A program made the translations under genes and the position numbers. A model generated the notes under the pieces. It worked only from the letters and a program-made list of their open reading frames with translations, did not search any database and was not told where the DNA came from. Of a stretch of 17,426 bases of DNA, positions 10,779 to 17,426 are shown in pieces (within the stretch, counting starts at the first letter, position 1; each line of letters opens with the position of its first letter). Origin of the DNA: Ginkgo biloba (taxonomy: Eukaryota > Plantae > Ginkgophyta). The stretch is from the NCBI GenBank assembly GCA_024626585.2, contig JANKJI020000004.1:63606101-63623526 (forward strand). Direction: 5' to 3'.

Positions 10779-11760
10779 CTATTTGTTAGCATTATTATCA
10801 ACAGTCACAGATGGCATTGAAGACACAACATCGATTTTCCAATTTCTAACGCCTGGCTGTGAAAAGATAACTAAGGTTGAACTGTTAATTTCTAAAACTT
10901 CTTGCCCAAATCCTTTTATTCTAACATAACACATGCCCATACTCCTACAATCACCAGGATTCTAATCAACCATTCACACTAGGTTCATTGTCGATGGTTA
11001 AATTAGTTCTTACAATATCCGAAGGCAAACCACTACCCACTAGAATCGTATTAAGTATAATAGATGAGTCATGCCTTGGNNNNNNNNNNNNNNNATTCTT
11101 GCAGCTGCTGAATTGACTTCAAATGAATCCATACTCAAGGTATGAAAAGTACTTACAGCTTCTTCAAATCTGACAGCATCTACAAAACTAACCATTTGAG
11201 AAAATGTCCTATCTTTAATATCAAGACATGTTCCTAAAAGCCCAAAAGTTGGTGTGGCAGTTGTTCCTTCTACACAAGATTCCTCCTTATCCTTCACTTC
11301 CAATGGAAACCTTCTCTGAATTGCCCAAACCCTTCTAAGCTCGTCCACCATTGCACCTGAAACAGTTCCCCATCGACTAAGTCGACTTCGATAAGCTCCA
11401 TGTTTGTGACATGTGGAAAAAGTTACACCAAAATTCAAGGTAGCTTTCTCATTTTTGATATCACACTTCAATGATTTTACTATAAAACTCGGATTAGTGA
11501 AATGACAAANNNNNNNNNNNNNTATATCCTGCATCACCCTGGCATAAAGGAGGTTTAGGAAGAAGTTCAACTATATGCACAACTCCAATACCCATGCCAT
11601 GAAACAAACCAGATGCTCCAACCAAAGGCATATTCACACTGCCAATTTGCAATACAAGTTTCTATAAATCTATATGCTACTGATCTTGTGCTAAGACATT
11701 TGCGTGGTCTTGTTTTGGTTGGGTCCTGGTTGCAGTATGACAGACGGTTAAAGTTTTATC
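10779..11760 (-). pseudogene. Disrupted gene of unknown family, 3' part; two candidate divergent RRM-like domains flanking an unknown ~130-aa region
   Basis: The minus strand reads DKTLTV...DQ*HIDL*KLVLQIGSVNMPLVGASGLFHGMGIGVVHIVELLPKPPLCQGDAGY-[13 N, frame change]-CHFTNPSFIVKSLK...LNFGVTFSTCHKHGAYRSRLSRWG...FEVNSAAAR (about 137 stop-free codons, 11507-11096), then [15 N], a stop-rich stretch, and MVD*NPGDCRSMGMCYVRIKGFGQEVLE...NNANK* (stop at 10781-10779). The composition is globular and no TE protein motif is recognisable. The RRM call rests on by-eye motif order. Confidence 0.65.
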
Positions 11761-11899
11761 ANNNNNNNNNNNNNNNNNNNNNNNNNNNNNNNNNNNNNNN
11801 NNNNNNNNNNNNNNNNNNNNNNNNNNNNNNNNNNNNNNNNNNNNNNNNNNNNNNNNNNNNNAACTCAAAGTCACATTTAGGGTTATAATTGATGCCTAG

Positions 11900-12500
11900 T
11901 AGATCAACACTAGCTAGTTAGTGTCGATCTCTTACACTTAGAAGATGCTGATGATGATGTGGTTCTGGTAGGTGGCGACATTTCAGAGGGAGATTCAGAC
12001 ATAGGATCTTCAAGTCCCAAGGGAAGCCAAAGATGATAGTTGCCGAACTCCTACAAAGGAAGAGGGGCTTGGTTCTACTGTTGCCTAAGTAGTGATCTAG
12101 TGCTTGGTTGCATTGTTAATCTCGAGATGTCTTGTTTTGAATTCAATTCTTCATTATGGACAATTGGCATGTTCAGATCTACTACTAGTGGCAAACTTTT
12201 TAGTTGAGCGAAAACCACCTCTATAGGGATCACTGTTGGTGATGAGGGTGGTGATGGTGAAATTAAAACTACCTATGATGGAGAGCCAAAATATGGAGCA
12301 GATGAGAGCGATTTCGGAGGATTGGTTGGACAAGGAGATGGTATTAGTGACAGTACTGAAAACGGGTCTGTAACCTTTGAAGAGGGCAGTTGAATACCAT
12401 TGTCGGAGGAGCTAGGAGTTTCTTGGAGTCGAGATATCCATTGGAATTGGCTTAGTGGCACTTTGGGTGCCTATTGAACCACTAACCTACATAGTGGATT
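11900..12500 (-). other. Decayed Ser/Pro-rich reading frame, probably retroelement-derived
   Basis: PLSQFQWISRLQETPSSS...FGSPS*VVLISPSPPSSPTVIP...SESPSEMSPPTRTTSSSASS lies in one frame with few stops. It is low complexity with no domain recognised. Confidence 0.3.
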
Positions 12501-12745
12501 CCNNNNNNNNNNNNNNNNNNNNNNNNNNNNNNNNNNNTATTCTTGGTCCCACTACTCTAGATGGTGTTGTTGATGTCGTTAACGCATGTTAGATGGCTTC
12601 CTCCACCAACATCAGTTATGCATGTACTTCCATGATGACTTTCTTAGTTTTCCACAATGTGATCAAGGCATTGAGTGCCTCAGTATCTGGCACAACTATG
12701 GACCTTGATAGGATAGATGTATGCTGCCTTACATGGTTGAGGTCC

Positions 12746-13230
12746 TTAATCATCATATGGGCATCTTATAGCAGATAAGCTACATTCAATTGTTGTTTCT
12801 ATAAGAATTGTAAGTGCTTTCATTTTATCTATGGATTCTTGAATATCCAATCGAATTATTAGATCTTTATAGTCTTCATAAAAGTCTTCAATACTTTTCC
12901 TTTGGCCTTGCTTAAGATGAGGCCATTGGGTCTGATCTTTGGCCAATCCCGCTTGAAGCATCTATGATTTTACTTTGGACTTCCTTTGCCTTCTCTCCTA
13001 GGCTTTCTTGGTAGTTGTACCAGCAAGCTTTGTTGCCTCATCCATCTTTACCTTCAAAGACACTTCCCTCAGGGCCACAACAACTCATATATTCTTAATC
13101 TGGGAGTCGATTTCCATAATCTTATCTCTCGTTTCCTTAATCATGGTTGCATGGAGTGACTTGAATGAGTCCAACCCTTGCCAGGTCTGTAACTAGCCCT
13201 TCTGAGAATCAACTATGTTAGACTTAACTA
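12746..13230 (-). mobile_element. Degenerate LTR-retrotransposon gag-like remnant
   Basis: One minus-strand frame with several stops: a helical charged stretch (MIKETRDKIMEIDSQIKNI), then QWPHLKQGQRKSIEDFYEDYKDLIIRLDI, which resembles the Retrotrans_gag motif LxQG..SV.EY...F..L..RL. Confidence 0.5.
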
Positions 13231-13682
13231 CCAGGCTTGGGATCATCTAGCCCATTAGTAGGATTGAGCAGTACTCTTGTTGCAAGGAGAGGAGCATGAT
13301 ATGGAAAATTTTCAGGCTGCAGATTTATCTGATCAAGGTCACATTGACAACAATATAGTTGTTCAAATTCAGAAGGCAAGCGAGGACAACCAATTATAGG
13401 ACTAGTTCTTGAGCTGATTGTGATAGAGCTTGCAACCATCTATCCTCCTTGCCAAATAGGAATTCTTTGGATTTTATTTTCTGTTGGTCTATATCACGTA
13501 AAAGACATAATTTCTGTTGATTGATTTCTTTATGTTATCTTTTTCAATGCAATTGATCTGTTCCAGCAGTGTTTGGCAACATTCCCAAAAACTGAAGTAC
13601 CTCTAACATTAGGATAGAATTTGTAACTAAAATTCCAAAGCAAAACCAAATGATTCCAATTCAGAAATCTGAAAGAAAACAT
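13224..13682 (-). pseudogene. Disrupted coding segment, possibly the 5' part of the same gene
   Basis: One frame from ATG 13682 reads MFSFRFLNWNHLVLLWNFSYKFYPNVRGTSVFGNVAKHCWNRSIALKKIT*RNQSTEIMSFT*YRPTENKIQRIPIWQGG*MVASSITISSRTSPIIGCPRLPSEFEQLYCCQCDLDQINLQPENFPYHAPLLATRVLLNP... It has three internal stops (13532, 13496, 13442) and needs no frameshift. It is on the same strand as the 10779-11760 segment; linkage to it is inferred. Confidence 0.45.
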
Positions 13683-14736
13683 CGACCAAAGTACATCCTC
13701 TGAATTCTTGTTGAATTTCTATTTTGCTCATTAAAAGTATTGACTGAACAAATGAGACAAATCACCATCAATTGTCTAAAAAGACAGAAATCCCCTTGCT
13801 AAATTTTACCCTCAATGAAACCCTGAGAATCAAGCACAAAAGATTTGATTCAACTTGGAATTTTTCCTTACCCTGCACAAGCACACATTTTAAGTTCAAA
13901 TATAGAAGACAGAGGCACCCTGTGATTTGAAAACGGACTACAAACATAATCAAGTTTAGGAATAAAACACAGAAATAAACATCACTATGCATATTTAAGT
14001 TCAGGAACAAAAGACATAAAAACACCATGAGAACGGACCCTCAATGGAAATTAAATATCAGTGTACTACTTTAAGTCCATTAAGGTCTCACTCTACACTT
14101 GGACTTAAAAATCCCTGCAAATCAATCCTGAAAATAATCTTAGAATAGAGTTTCCAACAATGCATACATAAATCAGAGCAAATAGTAGTTTACAAAAGCT
14201 TTCTATATGAAAGAAACTATTTATAATTTCTAAGAGTGTACATAGCTACTCGACTTTTTAAATATCCTGCAACTCCTGCATGGTTTGAACCACAGCGTCC
14301 TTTGACGGTAAAATTAGCACATCCCAACAATATAGTACAAACCCATAAAACAGAAAAATTGCATAACAATTTAATACTAAAATACCAAATTTTTTCTATG
14401 TACTAAAACAAGAGAATACAGTAAAGTTTTTCTATGTACGCGTACCATATTTAGAATACCAAAATAGGTCGAAGCTGGTACCTCTTGGCTTTTATTTTGT
14501 TTACCCTTGTGAACATTGATCTCGTCTATATTTTGCCTTGTCCATTGATGAAGTAAAATGTCAATAAATGCAGGGAAATAAAACAACAATAATATTCACA
14601 AGCAACCAAAACCATGCAACAAAAACAAAAGGAAGAAAACAAAAAATAAGAAATTACAAACAATAACAACAAACTGCAATGCAATGTGCTGCATCATCAA
14701 AACCAAAGGCAAAATAATGAGAGGAATGACACAGCC

Positions 14737-14744
14737 ATTTATAG
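14737..14744 (-). promoter_or_regulatory. Candidate TATA box (CTATAAAT) followed by a pyrimidine-rich patch
   Basis: The minus strand reads CTATAAATGGCTGTGTCATTCCTCTCATT, then a U-rich UTR/intron-like kilobase leading to the 13682 ATG. Motif evidence only. Confidence 0.3.
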
Positions 14745-14783
14745 AAGATCGATTGAACCAGAAGACCGTTAGAAGATTTCTTT

Positions 14784-15000
14784 TTGTTTAAATTTGAATG
14801 CAAGATCTTGATGTCTCTCCAATGGCTATACGATTATACGGTTTAGATGGGAGACACTTGTTTTAAATTTGAATGCAAGATCTTGACATCTCTCCAACGA
14901 CCATATGATTATATGGTTTAGATGGGAGACACTTGTTTTAAATTTGAATGCTCGATGTTGGCATCTCTCTCCAATGGCTATACGATTATATGGTTTAGAT
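14784..15000. repeat. 75-bp tandem repeat, about 2.9 visible copies, running into an N gap
   Basis: AATTTGAATGC recurs at 14791, 14866 and 14941. The units are highly similar, and the third has a 2-nt insertion. Confidence 0.95.
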
Positions 15001-15174
15001 NNNNNNNNNNNNNNNNNNNNNNNNNNNNNNNNNNNNNNNNNNNNNNNNNNNNNNNNNNNNNNNNNNNNNNNNNNNNNNNNNNNNNNNNNNNNNNNNNNNN
15101 TCCAAAATCTCTTTAAATGAATTCTTGTGGGTTATATTTATAGGCATAGATCTAACGGATCCCCTATTCCTGTA

Positions 15175-15657
15175 CACAACAACTATTTTGGCCTCAATAG
15201 CTCTGTTAGGTGAGCGTTAACTCTGCAATGGCTTTGTCATTAAATGCTTGCAACATCCTCTGTTGTGCCTCTTCATCGACATTCTCCACTATGTCTGTCT
15301 TTGTATTATGTCTCCCTGATGCAAGTCAGTCCTGCCTTTCATCGATTTTCCCCACACTGAAGAGGTCTATTTTTCCTTTATCGATGTATGTCGGTTCACC
15401 TTCCTATCGATGTCGTCGGTCTCTTTCCATCCAACACTCATCGATTTTCTCTGTCGATGGCGTCAGTTTACGTTTTACCGATAGATGTCAGACTCTTTCC
15501 TCACTGACAAAGTCAATCTTCTCTCTCTACTGACATGCCCTATCTCCTTTGGTTTTATTGATGAGGTTGGTACTCCTTCTGTTGGTGCTCATCGATTTTT
15601 CTCTGATCGACGTCTGTTGGCCCGCTGTCATAGTGAGTGCTAGATTGTCCTGCATCA

Positions 15658-15660
<3 letters not shown>
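15175..15660 (-). repeat. ~480-bp repeat family, copy A (inverted), with distal extension; possible LTR end
   Basis: The minus strand begins TATTGATGCAGGA and shares AAAATCGATGAGC, GAAAA(C/T)TGAC, AATACAAAGA and GTCGATGAAGAGG with copies B-D. Its distal ~70 bp match the distal end of copy D. Confidence 0.9.
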
Positions 15661-15706
<46 letters not shown>

Positions 15707-15711
15707 TACGC

Positions 15712-15742
<31 letters not shown>

Positions 15743-15810
15743 TACATATACACATACATGTACACATACACATACACATACACATATATACGTATGCATA
15801 CATATACATA
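15658..15810. repeat. (ATACAC)n hexanucleotide microsatellite, degenerate at the right end
   Basis: Directly visible; it explains the THTH/CVCV/MCMC ORFs in the track. Confidence 0.99.
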
Positions 15811-16270
15811 TGCTGATGGAGGAGCATTCAACGCTCACTTGTGTCGGTGGCCCGACGATCGTTGACTAGAGCAAAATCGATGAGCACCAATAGAAGGATG
15901 ACCTACCTCATCGAAAAAAATAAAGGAGACCGAGTTCGTTAGTAGAAAGAGAAAACTGACCTCGTCAGTGAGAGGAGAATTTGACATCCGTCAGTGAAGT
16001 AAAAATTGACACTATTGACAAAGACAACCAACGAGCATTGAAAGGGAGGAAATCAACAACGTCGGCGGAGTAGCAAAACCAACATGCATTGGTGAGAGAC
16101 CAACAAGACCTCGTTGGATAGCCGTAAACCAATGAAAAGGCAGCGATACAAAGGCAGACCGACATCACATGAGACCAACGAAGGGCAAGATTGATTTGCA
16201 TCGGTGATCCAAAAATACAAAGATAGAAATGGTGAAGGATGTCGATGAAGAGGTACTTCTGCAAATATTG
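15811..16270 (+). repeat. ~480-bp repeat family, copy B, running into an N gap
   Basis: Begins TGCTGATGGAGGAGCATTC and is colinear with copy C through GAGGTACTTCTG. Confidence 0.9.
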
Positions 16271-16480
16271 NNNNNNNNNNNNNNNNNNNNNNNNNNNNNN
16301 NNNNNNNNNNNNNNNNNNNNNNNNNNNNNNNNNNNNNNNNNNNNNNNNNNNNNNNNNNNNNNNNNNNNNNCCTTTATCATACATAAATAAACACAACAAT
16401 TCATGAATATAGAATCACTAAATCATATATAATAAAAAATAACTTAAAGAATTAAAATATTACGATTAAAGAATCATTCC

Positions 16481-16958
16481 TATTTGATGCAGGAGCATTC
16501 GACGTTCACTGTGTTGGTAGGCCGATGGACATCAGCCAGAGAAAAATCGATGAGCGCTGATAGAGGAAGTACCAACACCATCAATGGAGCCAAGGAGTAT
16601 CGACTTTATCGATGGGAAGAAAACTGACTTCGTCGATGAGCGGAGAGCCCAACATCCGTTGGTGAAGTGAAAATCAATGCCATCGGTAGAATAAACCAAC
16701 AAGCATCAGGTGGAGTATAAACTGACATGCATCGACAGAGTTATAAACTAACATGCGTCAGCGAAGGACAGATGGACCTCATCGATAGAGAGTAAATCGA
16801 TGAGAGGCAACATTGCAATGACAAACTAACATTAAATAAGACCGACGAAGGGCAAGGTGGACTTACGTCAGTGAACCAAAACACAAAGACAAATAGGGTG
16901 AAGGACGTTGGTGGAGACGAGGTACTTCTGTGAACATTGCATCCATTAATGACATAAC
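16481..16958 (+). repeat. ~480-bp repeat family, copy C
   Basis: Begins TATTTGATGCAGGAGCATTC; the next copy starts 478 bp later. Confidence 0.9.
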
Positions 16959-17426
16959 TATTTGATGCAAGAGCATCCAGTGTTCCTTGCATCGGTTGGC
17001 CGACGAGCACCTTGTCGGCAAAGGAAAAGCCATCTGGGAAAGTCGGTGAAGGTAGAACCTGACATCAGTCAGTGAAGTAAGACTGACATTGACGGTGGAA
17101 GCGACTAACAAGCGTTGGAATCCTGGAGACCAACGACGTTGGCAGAGATAGCCAGACTGACATGAGTCGGAGGAGAGAGGATAATAGAGTGAGTCGGTGA
17201 GGGAAAAAAAAAATTGACAAGAGGCAGCAAGCAAGGGCAGACCGACATCAAACAAGACTAATAATGGACATGATCCACTCGCATCAGGGAGATGAAATAC
17301 AATGACAAGAGGAGTGAAGAATGTCGATGGAGAAACACTTCGATGAACGTTGTAGACATTAAATGCATGAGCCATTGTAGAATTAATGTTCACCTAACAA
17401 ATCTGTTGAGGCAGGAAAAGATGTTG
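16959..17426 (+). repeat. ~480-bp repeat family, copy D (internal deletion), continuing to the window edge
   Basis: Begins TATTTGATGCAAGAGCATCC. Its end AGCCATTGTAGAATTAATGTTCACCTAAC matches the reverse complement of ~15205-15235. Confidence 0.9.

Noticed and set aside
11160-11205. SQMVSFVDAVRF resembling the ribosome-inactivating-protein motif QMVSEAARF
   Set aside because: It needs a 2-residue insertion and an E-to-D change at the catalytic residue, and no other RIP motif is evident.
10779-13682. Reading the in-frame stops as proof of C-to-T hypermutation or of U-to-C RNA editing
   Set aside because: All three stop codons can derive from a C-initial codon, so the observation is uninformative without a homologue alignment.
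13660-14500. Defined 5'-UTR exon/intron structure for the pseudogene
   Set aside because: There are several competing acceptor and donor sites (e.g. 13873, 13823, 13669), which cannot be resolved without transcripts.
15527-15869. ORFs with poly-(TH), (CV) and (MC) runs that look like metal-binding proteins
   Set aside because: They are translations of the (ATACAC)n microsatellite.
1987-16404. Track ORFs that span N runs (e.g. 1987-2209, 4478-4801, 7855-8268, 11613-11888, 14905-15177, 15965-16404)
   Set aside because: Their length comes from X residues in the gaps, and the flanks show no coherent coding signal in those frames.
15925-16770. Periodic palindromes as a CRISPR-like array
   Set aside because: Stems are only 5-6 bp, spacers are ~10 nt and homologous between copies, no cas genes are present, and the context is eukaryotic TE sequence.
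15210-17393. ORFs 15210-15533, 16741-17010 and 16863-17393
   Set aside because: They are Ser/Leu-rich readings of the pyrimidine-rich strand of the ~480-bp repeat, with no recognisable domain.

Overview
This is AT-rich eukaryotic DNA from a fragmented assembly, with 14 N-runs; seven are about 100 N, probably of unknown true size, so adjacency across them is uncertain. No intact protein-coding gene, RNA gene, CRISPR array or prokaryotic-type system is visible. The window looks like repeat-rich DNA of a large land-plant genome, possibly a gymnosperm (inference from element style only). Recognisable contents are: (i) a decayed L1-type LINE on the minus strand that keeps ORF1 (DUF4283-like region plus degenerate zinc knuckle) and the ORF2 AP-endonuclease (~6611-9330); (ii) a 224-bp LTR with an adjacent PPT, nested in a dispersed repeat of which a second, uninterrupted copy lies nearby; (iii) a ~104-bp near-perfect palindrome; (iv) a gag-like remnant; (v) a 75-bp satellite, an (ATACAC)n microsatellite, and four copies of a ~480-bp repeat built from ~25-bp-periodic CCGAC-N3/4-GTCGG mini-hairpins. 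The best candidate for something undescribed is a disrupted minus-strand gene (~13682 to ~10779). I cannot assign it to a known family. It appears to encode two divergent RRM-like folds, each preceded by a weakly similar unknown module. All translations and alignments were done by eye and need computational confirmation.
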